Positions 8,761-16,828 of a DNA stretch of 37,179 nt are shown here, one piece after another. Location of the stretch: IMG/VR virus record IMGVR_UViG_3300032269_000625, positions 1-37,179 of that record, one strand, 5' to 3'. The position numbers and the translations under genes are program-made. Origin of the DNA: a virus. Taxonomy: Duplodnaviria > Caudoviricetes. Position 1 is the stretch's first letter. Every line of letters begins with the position of its first letter. The notes under the pieces are model-generated. The model was not told the origin of the DNA. It made no database searches and worked only from the letters and a program-made list of their open reading frames with translations.

Positions 8761-8848
8761 GCGACATGAAAAGAGAATTGTTAATAATTAACCGATTTAC
8801 TCTTATTTGATTTGCTTTGGTATTAACTGCGTTCCACACTTTGTACAG

Positions 8849-9928
8849 ATGGCGAGTCTTTATAAGCGGGACAATAGTCCCTACTGGTGGGTTTCCAGCA
8901 AAGGTCCTAATGGATGGGCTAAAAAGCGCACTGGATGGCGTTGTAGCAATCCGGTTGATACGGCAAAGGCCAAGACCTTCGTCGCTGGTCAATCGCTTGC
9001 TGAAGGGCGTAATAGCGAGCTTTCGGCTGGCACCAGCTGGGTTGAGCCGGTCATTAGAAACCTTCCGATTTGTGAAAAGACCGTCACCCGATATTTGGAA
9101 GAATGGCGATTCATTGATCAGTTCATGACTGAACGTCGCATCGGACTCTCTCAGTTCGCACCCCATGACGCTGATCTATACATCCAATGGAGGACGTCAA
9201 TAGGGAAATTTAGGAATAAAAATACGTGCAAAAATACCGCTTTACAGGAATTAAAATTTCTGAAATTCATGCAAAAACAAGCTCGTCTCCGAGGGAAAAT
9301 GATCGACCGACCAATGGATGATTATGTCATTCGTCTAGCTCCGAAAAAAATGAAGCCCGCACTTGCCGATGAACAAATTTATAAAATTCGTGATGCGCTT
9401 CCAAATTATCCAAGTTGGATGTCCGTCAGTTTTGAAATCGGATTGGCAACTGGGGCGAGACTCCAAGAATGCTCGATTCCATGCGACTGCATTAACCTTG
9501 AGCATAAGACAATCACCTTCCCGAACCCAAAGGGCGGGGTAGCCAAGGCTTTCACGATCCCGATCCCTAAGTCTATTTTGCCTTTGCTTATTGCGATCAA
9601 AGAAAGCGGAGCCGAGAAAACTTGCGACATCCCGCCCACGAAGGCCTCCTTCAAGTGGAGAAAGTTTTTCGACCGGCTGGGGATGAAGAACGTGTGCTTT
9701 CATTGCCTTCGAGTCACCCGAGTTACCAGAATGCGCATAGCTGGAGTCCCAGCGCCAGATGCACGAAGGCTTGTGAACCACTCCAGCGAGCTGATTCACC
9801 GGCTGTACGACCGGCATCAAGTTGAGGAGCTTCGCCAGTATGTCGACTGCGGTAGTGTTCCCGCCTCCATTCATCAAAGTCCTTTTCGAACACAACCCCC
9901 TCGATCAGCGGAAACCCTGGCAGCCTAG
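8849..9928 (+). CDS. int: Tyrosine integrase
   Basis: Catalytic residues present: R (TGARLQE), K (PKGG), HxxR (FHCLR), H (VNHSS) and Y (HRLY). The MASLYKR..SPYWW N-terminus is arm-binding-like. Confidence 0.9.
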   Translation: MASLYKRDNSPYWWVSSKGPNGWAKKRTGWRCSNPVDTAKAKTFVAGQSLAEGRNSELSAGTSWVEPVIRNLPICEKTVTRYLEEWRFIDQFMTERRIGLSQFAPHDADLYIQWRTSIGKFRNKNTCKNTALQELKFLKFMQKQARLRGKMIDRPMDDYVIRLAPKKMKPALADEQIYKIRDALPNYPSWMSVSFEIGLATGARLQECSIPCDCINLEHKTITFPNPKGGVAKAFTIPIPKSILPLLIAIKESGAEKTCDIPPTKASFKWRKFFDRLGMKNVCFHCLRVTRVTRMRIAGVPAPDARRLVNHSSELIHRLYDRHQVEELRQYVDCGSVPASIHQSPFRTQPPRSAETLAA

Positions 9929-10004
9929 CCAGCCTCCTTAACCGCATATAACTTAGGCCATACTCGGCCTGTAATTCACGAAGAGTTAACGCCCTGTTCT
10001 TCAT
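9723..10004 (-). CDS. Second excisionase/AlpA-like protein, overlapping the integrase 3' end
   Basis: LTLRELQAEYGLSYMRLRRLARLPGFPL...F...DFDEW is an Xis/AlpA-like pattern. Confidence 0.6.
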   Translation of the reverse strand: MKNRALTLRELQAEYGLSYMRLRRLARLPGFPLIEGVVFEKDFDEWRREHYRSRHTGEAPQLDAGRTAGESARWSGSQAFVHLALGLQLCAFW

Positions 10005-10059
10005 AATCCAATAATTACAATTGCTACATAACTGCAGCAACGCAAAATGCTTATGATTA

Positions 10060-10072
10060 GGTGTTTAACACC
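10060..10072. promoter_or_regulatory. Palindrome GGTGTT-T-AACACC, candidate operator
   Basis: Perfect 6-bp inverted repeat between two divergent small DNA-binding genes. Confidence 0.4.
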
Positions 10073-10116
10073 CCTAAAACGCTTTACACCTAGTGTTCGG
10101 TATGCACTATCCCTGC

Positions 10117-10293
10117 GTGCCGAACTCCAGAGCTAAGAACAAAAAATTTGTGGGTTTATGGCTTGATGAAAGCACTTTACACAAGATTAGGAAAGCTTCT
10201 GGCAAAATCAGAATATCCCTTTCGGGATATATTATTGGTTTACTGACTTCGCAAAAGCGTAGCTCTCTAGCGCGGAAGAGTCCGCGGGATTAG
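10117..10293 (+). CDS. Small ribbon-helix-helix-like DNA-binding protein
   Basis: PNSRAKNKKFVGLWLDE..L.KIRKAS....ISLSGYI strand-helix-helix pattern. Start uncertain (ATG 10102 or GTG 10117). Confidence 0.5.
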   Translation: MPNSRAKNKKFVGLWLDESTLHKIRKASGKIRISLSGYIIGLLTSQKRSSLARKSPRD

Positions 10294-10775
10294 TTTACTG
10301 ATTTAGCGAAAGACCGATTGTAAGCCATCTCTTCAAGCGCAGCCGTAGTTAGATACTTCTCAACAAGAATCTGCATATTGACCCACGAGGCATGAAGCTT
10401 ATCCAGTAACGACTCAACGCTTTTGCATGGGGTGACTTCAATACTCCACTCCATGCCGTGGCCGGGAACTGTGACCAGCTTCGGCCAGCTCCACGGCCCC
10501 GCAGTATATGGAAACTTTCCTTGGTCTGCCCATTTCTCCCAGTCCTGCGGTAGCCAATACATGTGACCAGAGGCATCCCAGCCGAGGTCGCTTCGGCTAA
10601 AGACAAGCACGCTTGACCAGCATCCCGGCCATTCGGGCGGATCCAGAACAAACCCAACTGAAGCCATATTAAACAGAGGAAGATTGTCCAGCATTGCCAT
10701 TGTCATTGTGTGGGCGGACTCCCATTCGTCTATCCGTGGATAGAGATCTGTGGCTGATCGAATCGTGAACTGCAT
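10290..10775 (-). CDS. Hypothetical protein (Trp/Pro-rich)
   Basis: 161 aa ATG-started ORF. Confidence 0.65.
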   Translation of the reverse strand: MQFTIRSATDLYPRIDEWESAHTMTMAMLDNLPLFNMASVGFVLDPPEWPGCWSSVLVFSRSDLGWDASGHMYWLPQDWEKWADQGKFPYTAGPWSWPKLVTVPGHGMEWSIEVTPCKSVESLLDKLHASWVNMQILVEKYLTTAALEEMAYNRSFAKSVN

Positions 10776-10816
10776 TTGCGAGAACTAAGCTAACTATCGC
10801 TTTCGTCAATTGCCAT

Positions 10817-11197
10817 TTATCCCAAGCGTCCTCCAAATGCAGTTAGTTCGTCATGCACTTTGATTAAATTGTCCCACTTGTTAAATCTCGGGCCTACCTC
10901 TGTTATTAAGGAGGTCACACACTCTCCCTCAGGATCCTTCAGTGTAATCCTCGCAGCGTAAAATCCAATTCTCAGCCCAATATCGACATACCTGTTGTCA
11001 GCCCCATCAGCAGTCATTTGCCTCATCATAACTCTTATGTCTGGCCTCCATCTGTCCGTATAGAAAACCCTGTAACCATTCAGAGTCTTATAAAGACGAT
11101 GTGGCTCACCAATCGTCGGCCTCTGCCCATCAAAATCTCCGATTGGAAGATCCTTGCTCGTGATGCACCAGTATTTTCTCACAAGTTTAATGACCAT
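10817..11197 (-). CDS. Hypothetical protein
   Basis: 126 aa ORF containing LYKT.NGYRVF and YAARIT.K. Confidence 0.6.
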   Translation of the reverse strand: MVIKLVRKYWCITSKDLPIGDFDGQRPTIGEPHRLYKTLNGYRVFYTDRWRPDIRVMMRQMTADGADNRYVDIGLRIGFYAARITLKDPEGECVTSLITEVGPRFNKWDNLIKVHDELTAFGGRLG

Positions 11198-11273
11198 TCA
11201 TCTGAGATATCATCTGGCGGCACACAGCAAACACGGAAGTTGTCGATGTGACATACGGAAGATAGCTCAAGTT

Positions 11274-11615
11274 GTGCTCACCCGTCGGCGACCTTTGCTC
11301 CGCAAAACAAGGCTGCATCCCATCTCAGCCAAGCGTCGGCGGGTGAGTGCTATTTACAAGGGATTGCGACAGAAGTTTCTTACGGAGAACCCAACTTGCA
11401 AGGTTTGCAAGTGCCAGCCTTCAACTCAGATACACCACAAGGCCGGAAGGGTTGGCGACAAGCTCAATGATGTGAAAGATTTTCTGGCTGTGTGCTTTTT
11501 TTGCCATCGAAGGATCCACGACAATCCGGCTTGGGCTAACGCTAAAGATTATTTAACCAGGACTGCCCCAAGCCTTGAGGGGCTTCCTCTGGCTCCTAGG
11601 TCTCGCAGGGTATGA
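11274..11615 (+). CDS. HNH endonuclease-like protein
   Basis: CKVC...STQIHHKAGR...N...FLAVCFFCHRRIH. Start estimated at GTG 11274. Confidence 0.8.
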   Translation: MLTRRRPLLRKTRLHPISAKRRRVSAIYKGLRQKFLTENPTCKVCKCQPSTQIHHKAGRVGDKLNDVKDFLAVCFFCHRRIHDNPAWANAKDYLTRTAPSLEGLPLAPRSRRV

Positions 11616-11860
11616 AATTACCAGAACAACCAGCTGACCAGCTCGAGCTTGTCCGGAGGCTTCGGGAAAGCATTGGCTACACGCAATGGTATGTCCCGAT
11701 GCTTGAAATGATGATCGCAAACCTCCACGAGGAGATGCTTGAGGAGAAAATCACTCCAGAAGAAAGAAACATAAGATTCCACAAATACTTGCTGGCCAGA
11801 TCGCTTGCACGAATGGTGGACAACCAAGAGGCAGCCCTAACAAGGCTGGTAAAAAAATAA
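11612..11860 (+). CDS. Hypothetical protein
   Basis: 82 aa helical ORF, coupled on both sides. Confidence 0.7.
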   Translation: MKLPEQPADQLELVRRLRESIGYTQWYVPMLEMMIANLHEEMLEEKITPEERNIRFHKYLLARSLARMVDNQEAALTRLVKK

Positions 11861-12603
11861 TGGAAATTAAAACAACTGATATTGTCGTGGCCTCCTACAA
11901 GGAGACCCTCCGATGGGTAGAGATGTGGAAGGCTTTCAACAAGGTCATCCCAATGCTTCCCGGATGTAAATTTAAGATTTACAGAACTGGAGATAAGATG
12001 GAAGGGGCAACGATGCTCATCAATAAGGGCAGGGAGGCCGGCCAATGGTTGGCTCACATTGTCGAAAACTATGACAATCTTGCGGATGTGACGCTTTTTG
12101 TTCAGGCAGATCTAGGAGCTTCGTTCGGTCAAAACCCAAACGAGTGGCCGCACGACTTAAATGTTTTCAAGCAAATGCGCCTCCCAGTAGATGGCAAGGG
12201 CTGTTGCGAGCTTGGGCCGATAGATGATTACAGCTTCTACTGCTGGCCTTCACTAAACAGGATCCGGGTCTCGGCCACAGAGCCGGGCTTTGACGAGCCA
12301 TACAATCGGGGCTTCGGTCCCGCTCGACTCAGTCCATCCGACCAAGAAATAAAGCTCCTCTGGGGAGATCACGCCCCCAACGAAATTCGGTGGTCAAATG
12401 GAGGGATGGAATTCGGAGCGCAACACATGCTGACTCGGGGATTTATTCGTCGCCTCCCCAAGGAGTACTATTCCGACCTCCTAGCTGCCGTAAGAAACCA
12501 CGAGCTTGCCCATTGGCTTGAGTTCGGAAAATGGCCGGTAATTATTTACGACATCTACCGCCAAGGACCCCTTCGCCGTGACTCTTCTTCAACTAAAGCC
12601 TGA
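11860..12603 (+). CDS. Second DUF3431-family protein
   Basis: IVVASYKETLRW and GREAGQWLAHIVENYDNLADVTLFVQ motifs. Confidence 0.8.
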   Translation: MEIKTTDIVVASYKETLRWVEMWKAFNKVIPMLPGCKFKIYRTGDKMEGATMLINKGREAGQWLAHIVENYDNLADVTLFVQADLGASFGQNPNEWPHDLNVFKQMRLPVDGKGCCELGPIDDYSFYCWPSLNRIRVSATEPGFDEPYNRGFGPARLSPSDQEIKLLWGDHAPNEIRWSNGGMEFGAQHMLTRGFIRRLPKEYYSDLLAAVRNHELAHWLEFGKWPVIIYDIYRQGPLRRDSSSTKA

Positions 12604-12799
12604 AATCTGGGTTATGACCCCAAAGGGCGAGGGCTTGGCCTTTCTGGTGGCCGACCCTGGCATGGATCACAACAAGGTCTTCACAGTCCTCCTCCAAGAG
12701 GGATCCATACTGGACTTTGATTTGAAGGATTGCCGGCGATGCGAAAACCCAACCTTCGGGGTTCCGCCTCCATCGATCCCAAAGCCACACTACCCATAA
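12578..12799 (+). CDS. Conserved phage hypothetical protein
   Basis: LQLKP.IWV.TPKGEG.A...D.G.DHN...N.TFG pattern. Confidence 0.65.
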   Translation: MTLLQLKPEIWVMTPKGEGLAFLVADPGMDHNKVFTVLLQEGSILDFDLKDCRRCENPTFGVPPPSIPKPHYP

Positions 12800-12801
12800 C
12801 G

Positions 12802-12823
12802 CGGACTCCGGGCGTTTAAGGGA
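12802..12823 (+). promoter_or_regulatory. CGGAC-N7-GTTTAA motif, copy 1
   Basis: CGGAC tccgggc GTTTAA ggga, then ATG at 12824. Confidence 0.8.
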
Positions 12824-13858
12824 ATGATCGAAATATCCTACCGAGCCGACATTGAGACAAGAACACGCGACCTCCGAAAAAAGAAGCAAGAAGCCGAGGA
12901 GCTTTTCGATGGCATGGAGGCCGATATCGAGGAGTTTGAGCGGATCAAGATTGGTGAAGCCTTCGGGATCCCCAAGGAGGAGATGTTTAGGCAAGTCAGA
13001 GAATACGGACGCAAGGAAACGATCTCTATGTACGAGCTAACTGCACACAACTGTCAGAAGCTTGTCGATAATGACGATGGAACTGGATACATACTCGCTG
13101 AAAAGGGCGACCATCAAATGCCCTGCAAACGCAAAACCCCTTCTCAGCCAGATCTTGCAGATGGCATCTTCATCTATTCGGGCAACAGACCTAAAAAGGG
13201 GGCATACAACCACAAAGGGGTGAAGATTGAGTTTGATATCTGGAAAGCTCCAAACGGCCTCTGGTTCGGCGATCACTCCTCCACCTCCTGCTGTAGCAGT
13301 TGCTCCATAACCATTGACGATGTTGAGTGTGCGTTTGAGACGCAAAAAGAGGTCTTTGATTACTGCGTAAGAAGGGCAATCGAAAATCTATCCACTAAAG
13401 ATGTGGACAGAGACACGCAAGAGATAGAAGTCCAATGCCCAGACTGCGTGGCTTGGGCAAGGGAACACATCCAAGTCACCCAGCTAGAGGAAGGCGAGGA
13501 CGGCGAAAGGATTGCTGGGGCAACAGAAATGTGGAATCCAGACAAGCAATACAACCAAGTCGATTACAATGTTATCGGTTGCGAAATGAGGGAAGATAAT
13601 GAGGGCAACCCAACTCCAATCTTGAGTGAGTGCGAGACTTGTAACCACGAGAGGCCAGACAGCCCTTGGTTTGATGACAACAAGATTGAAAGGGATGAGA
13701 CCCCAGAAGAGACGGCAAAGCGGATAGCCGAGGAAGAGGCCACCCCAAAATACGGCAAGAACCAGTCAGATGTCGAAAAGCTGATTGCAAAGCTCAAGGC
13801 GATGCAGGGCATCTACTCTCACAAGACAAACGCTGCCCAGCTGGAGCTTGCCCTATGA
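12824..13858 (+). CDS. Hypothetical acidic protein with CxxC pairs
   Basis: 344 aa with CPDC and CETC, ending in QLELAL. Starts at motif copy 1. Confidence 0.8.
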   Translation: MIEISYRADIETRTRDLRKKKQEAEELFDGMEADIEEFERIKIGEAFGIPKEEMFRQVREYGRKETISMYELTAHNCQKLVDNDDGTGYILAEKGDHQMPCKRKTPSQPDLADGIFIYSGNRPKKGAYNHKGVKIEFDIWKAPNGLWFGDHSSTSCCSSCSITIDDVECAFETQKEVFDYCVRRAIENLSTKDVDRDTQEIEVQCPDCVAWAREHIQVTQLEEGEDGERIAGATEMWNPDKQYNQVDYNVIGCEMREDNEGNPTPILSECETCNHERPDSPWFDDNKIERDETPEETAKRIAEEEATPKYGKNQSDVEKLIAKLKAMQGIYSHKTNAAQLELAL

Positions 13859-14151
13859 GGGAAGGATCCAAGGTGGTTTGCGTAGATGCGGAGTTTCCCA
13901 AGGAAATCGTGAAGTTCTATACCGACCTCCCCAAGAAGGACGGCGTTTATACCATACGGACTATTGAGGTTGGCGTGGACTTGTCGGGACAAGCGGGCGA
14001 AGTGGCCGTGACCCTAACCGAGATTGTGAACCCAGTCTCCAAAACGCCTCCACACCGAGAAAGAGGTTTTCGCCAGGATCGGTTCCGGGAAGTCGAGCCT
14101 CCAAAGGCCGAAGCAGAGGTAGAGCGTCACCCAGTTGAGGAGCTGGCGTAG
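13855..14151 (+). CDS. Conserved phage hypothetical protein
   Basis: GSKVVCVD..F......LP....VYTIR...E.GF...RF pattern. Confidence 0.75.
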   Translation: MREGSKVVCVDAEFPKEIVKFYTDLPKKDGVYTIRTIEVGVDLSGQAGEVAVTLTEIVNPVSKTPPHRERGFRQDRFREVEPPKAEAEVERHPVEELA

Positions 14152-14173
14152 CGGACGGACGTTGTTTAAGGGT
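14152..14173 (+). promoter_or_regulatory. CGGAC-N7-GTTTAA motif, copy 2
   Basis: CGGAC ggacgtt GTTTAA gggt, then ATG at 14174. Abuts the upstream TAG. Confidence 0.8.
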
Positions 14174-14290
14174 ATGAAAAATAAAAACCGCACTAAGCAA
14201 TTCAAGCCCGACTGGAAGAAAATCAAGGAAAGACCAGAAATGAAGAAACTGGCTAAAGATCTTCTTAAGATTGGCTGGGTACTTAAATGA
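14174..14290 (+). CDS. 38 aa basic peptide
   Basis: MKNKNRTKQFKPDWKKIKERPEMKKLAKDLLKIGWVLK. Starts at the motif and has an ATGA overlap with the next gene. Confidence 0.6.
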   Translation: MKNKNRTKQFKPDWKKIKERPEMKKLAKDLLKIGWVLK

Positions 14291-14571
14291 GCGACAATAT
14301 CATTTTCTACTCAGACACCATAGGCAAAGAGGTTTCGACCACCAGATCCCCAAACTCCGCAGGGACAGACTGGGGCTTTGAGCATCTGCGACCCCTCCAC
14401 AAGGCGATATGTGCGGACATCGTAAAGAACCCAGACTCTAGTAACGGCGATGAGGAATACGGCCTCGTCTTTAAGTGCAGGGACGGAAAGATTCGCACAG
14501 CTTGGATTATGTGTGACCCAGAAGGCAACGGAGCAGGGCATCTGGACATCGTTGGAGGTGACGACAAATGA
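14287..14571 (+). CDS. Phage hypothetical protein (DPEGNGAGHL motif)
   Basis: Coupled ORF with the recurrent D.EGNG.G.L C-terminus. Confidence 0.7.
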   Translation: MSDNIIFYSDTIGKEVSTTRSPNSAGTDWGFEHLRPLHKAICADIVKNPDSSNGDEEYGLVFKCRDGKIRTAWIMCDPEGNGAGHLDIVGGDDK

Positions 14572-14834
14572 ACAAAACTAAACGCAGGGAAATTCACGAT
14601 GATAATTGGTACGGCAAGCAAGTAATACTGGTTTCTGAAAAGACCTTAAAACCTGTTTGCATCGGCCAAAGAGTAAAAGATTTTCGTGGAGACTCCGCCG
14701 TTATTACTGGAGGCCACGCACCTAGGAAGCCTTCATCAGAAGGGTATGTTGGAGTAAAAGACAGAGATTTTGAAATGTATTACTATGCGGGCGTGTATGA
14801 CTTGAAATGGGTTCTGAAAGAGGAGGCCAAATGA
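14568..14834 (+). CDS. Hypothetical protein
   Basis: Coupled ORF with a DFRGD...ITGG.AP.KPSS.G...YY..V..LKW pattern. Confidence 0.7.
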   Translation: MNKTKRREIHDDNWYGKQVILVSEKTLKPVCIGQRVKDFRGDSAVITGGHAPRKPSSEGYVGVKDRDFEMYYYAGVYDLKWVLKEEAK

Positions 14835-15070
14835 CTAAAATTAAATTCGAAATCACTTGGGAAGATGTCCAAGACATCGCCAAGGAGCGGGATGGGCAGA
14901 ACCTAAACAAGAAGCTGGCTTGCAGACTGCTGGCAGACATTGAAAGCGGAGTTCGTGGCTGGTTCGACCAGACCAATGGAGACGCAATTAGCGATTCGCT
15001 TACAATGTTCCTTCGGAACGGCGGGATCCGCACGAGCCTCGTGAATGCAACGATGCAGAAGGTGTCGTGA
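14831..15070 (+). CDS. Hypothetical protein
   Basis: ATG at 14831 (MTKIKFEITWEDVQ) overlaps the upstream stop. Confidence 0.65.
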   Translation: MTKIKFEITWEDVQDIAKERDGQNLNKKLACRLLADIESGVRGWFDQTNGDAISDSLTMFLRNGGIRTSLVNATMQKVS

Positions 15071-15086
15071 CGATGAGGGATCTGGC

Positions 15087-15317
15087 TTGAAATACCCCTT
15101 CATCCTCATCATCGGACGGCTCTCAGACGAGGAGAACACGCTGGCCGTCTACCAGAACACTACCTCGGAGATGGCTCGGAAAGCCTTCCACAAGCAACTT
15201 TGCGACATCTGGGAAGATCGCTCGGCAAGCAAGGATCTGATTATCGAGGCCGTGATTGCCTCCAACGAGCCTCCAAATGTCTTGGATAGCGATACAATGG
15301 TGCGAGCAAATCTATGA
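15087..15317 (+). CDS. Hypothetical protein
   Basis: Fills the gap and is coupled to the next gene. Start uncertain. Confidence 0.5.
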   Translation: MKYPFILIIGRLSDEENTLAVYQNTTSEMARKAFHKQLCDIWEDRSASKDLIIEAVIASNEPPNVLDSDTMVRANL

Positions 15318-15559
15318 AGAAGCCCTCCTTTAACTCTCGCTCCACAATCGCTCGGCTTGGCTGGCTTGCCTCCAAGTTTCGGAAGGATGGTCAAGTCGAT
15401 GGAACGCACAAGGTAGCCCTTGAATGGGAGTGTTCTTACAAGACAATCAATCGGGATATTGATGCCCTCCGTGACTTCTTCGGCTTTCCGATCACCTACG
15501 ACCCCAATCAATACAAGTGGCGAATCACGGGACAGATTCCCGAAGCCCGAATCCTTTAA
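15314..15559 (+). CDS. Stand-alone winged HTH resembling the N-terminus of WYL/YafY regulators
   Basis: IARLGWL...VALEWECSYKTINRDIDALRDFFGFPITYDP. No WYL domain follows. Confidence 0.75.
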   Translation: MKKPSFNSRSTIARLGWLASKFRKDGQVDGTHKVALEWECSYKTINRDIDALRDFFGFPITYDPNQYKWRITGQIPEARIL

Positions 15560-15581
15560 CGGACTTGCCCTGTTTAAGGGC
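15560..15581 (+). promoter_or_regulatory. CGGAC-N7-GTTTAA motif, copy 3
   Basis: CGGAC ttgccct GTTTAA gggc, then ATG at 15582. Abuts the upstream TAA. Confidence 0.8.
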
Positions 15582-15971
15582 ATGAAAACAAAAACACCTA
15601 CCCAAAACGAAAGAGGGCCGGACTTGTCCGACCGCCTTCTGGCCTTCACCTCTGGTTTACTTGGATTATCGGCTTCCCTCCCCGAAGATCGGGCTGGCGG
15701 TCACTTGGCCGAGCAACTCCTCCGCACGGCAACCGCTATCTACTTCCGCCACGGCGAAGCCGAGGGGTCTCCTTCCGCCAAGGCATTTGCCGACAAGTTC
15801 CGTGAGTGCCTCATCGAATTGAGGACGGCTCGCCGAGCCTTGCAACTCTTGGCTGCGACCAGCCTCCCTTGTGACGGCCAAGCTGTTCGCTCCCTGCTTG
15901 AAGATTCCGACATTCTCATTCGGATCTTCTTTTCCTCCATCCGAACACTCGAAGCAAAAGCGGGTGCATAA
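15582..15971 (+). CDS. Four-helix-bundle protein (23S rRNA IVS-protein / Avd-like fold)
   Basis: DLSDRLLAF......L...LP....G.HLAEQLLR.AT......EA....S...F..K....L.EL.....L.LL...LI.IF.SSIRT pattern. Confidence 0.85.
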   Translation: MKTKTPTQNERGPDLSDRLLAFTSGLLGLSASLPEDRAGGHLAEQLLRTATAIYFRHGEAEGSPSAKAFADKFRECLIELRTARRALQLLAATSLPCDGQAVRSLLEDSDILIRIFFSSIRTLEAKAGA

Positions 15972-16225
15972 TGGAAACTCAAATGGACATAAACGGCCAC
16001 GATACAAAAATTAAAATCAAGGAGATGATTGAGTTCACGGCAAAATCAAAGTCCGATGCGAACCCTTTTGGGATCAGCGGAAAGCTGATAAAAGTGGAAA
16101 AGCCCTTCATCGTTCTAATCAAGGTTGATCCTTGGGTTCTAATCAAGGTTGATCCTTGGAATTCCGAGCTACACCAGTTCGAGACAAGCGAAGAAGCGGG
16201 TGAGTTCATCGTGAGGCTGGCGTAA
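15971..16225 (+). CDS. Hypothetical protein with an 8-aa tandem duplication
   Basis: VLIKVDPW occurs twice in tandem. Confidence 0.65.
   Translation: METQMDINGHDTKIKIKEMIEFTAKSKSDANPFGISGKLIKVEKPFIVLIKVDPWVLIKVDPWNSELHQFETSEEAGEFIVRLA
16112..16159 (+). repeat. Perfect 24-bp tandem duplication
   Basis: gttctaatcaaggttgatccttgg, two copies. Confidence 0.95.
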
Positions 16226-16398
16226 TGGAGAGGGAATATAAAGTCTACGGAGTTCGGGAATACACTTCCTATGTGTGGGCAGACAGCGAGGACGATGCCG
16301 TAGAAAAAGCCGAGTCAGTCCCGCTCATTGATTGGGAGCCAAACGAAATCGTGGGCGAGGAGATTTGCCCGAAAGAAGCGTGCGAGGTAGGCGACTAA
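16225..16398 (+). CDS. 57 aa acidic protein
   Basis: MEREYKVYGVREYTSYVWADSEDDAVEKAE..., with TAATG coupling on both sides. Confidence 0.65.
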   Translation: MEREYKVYGVREYTSYVWADSEDDAVEKAESVPLIDWEPNEIVGEEICPKEACEVGD

Positions 16399-16583
16399 TG
16401 GACATCCGAACCGAGTATCGGCAAAAGCCAATCCCCTGGCGGTGCTTTGATTGGGAAGCCTACGACTACGACACCTTGGACGAAGATTCTCCTTATGGCT
16501 TTGGGGCAACCGAAGCGGAAGCCATTGAGTCGCTCCTAGAGCAAGTGGCGGATCTCCAAAACGAGCTGGTGACAGCGGACTAG
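16398..16583 (+). CDS. Small phage hypothetical protein
   Basis: MDIRTEY..KPIPWRCFDWEAY....D.DSP.GFGATEAEAI. Coupled start. Confidence 0.7.
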   Translation: MDIRTEYRQKPIPWRCFDWEAYDYDTLDEDSPYGFGATEAEAIESLLEQVADLQNELVTAD

Positions 16584-16600
16584 GAAAGTTAAAGGGCATA
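16576..16600 (+). promoter_or_regulatory. Motif copy 4 (GTTAAA variant)
   Basis: CGGAC taggaaa GTTAAA gggc ata, then ATG at 16601. Confidence 0.65.
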
Positions 16601-16828
16601 ATGAGTTCACACAGATGGATCGTTGAAGAAGTTGAAAACGGAGAGCGGAGCTTTGTCGTCTACAACCACGACAGAGAGGACACACCAGAATCCGAGTTCG
16701 AGTTCTATGACAGATACGAAACGATTGAAGAAGCGGTGAGGGCTTGCCGATACCACTACTGGGACTTCTACAAGTGGAATGATCTTCGGCCTCTCCAACC
16801 AGCGGACGCAGAGGGTTTAAGGGTATGA
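16601..16828 (+). CDS. Hypothetical protein
   Basis: 75 aa acidic ORF following the motif. Confidence 0.65.
   Translation: MSSHRWIVEEVENGERSFVVYNHDREDTPESEFEFYDRYETIEEAVRACRYHYWDFYKWNDLRPLQPADAEGLRV
16803..16824 (+). promoter_or_regulatory. Motif copy 5
   Basis: CGGAC gcagagg GTTTAA gggt, then ATG at 16825. Confidence 0.8.

Noticed and set aside
8700-8810. Complete tRNA gene
   Set aside because: Only the T-arm and 3' acceptor strand are present. No D-arm, anticodon arm or GGTGCGG 5' strand is found upstream on the minus strand.
8639-9895. Antisense ORFs 8639-9166 and 9335-9895
   Set aside because: They are shadows of the integrase and attP with no recognisable motifs.
15420-15581. Long N-terminal extensions in the ORF track (starts at 15420, 19658, 20286, 23057 and 5170)
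   Set aside because: The motif-defined ATGs or stop/start overlaps give better starts, and the extensions overlap other genes or intergenic elements.
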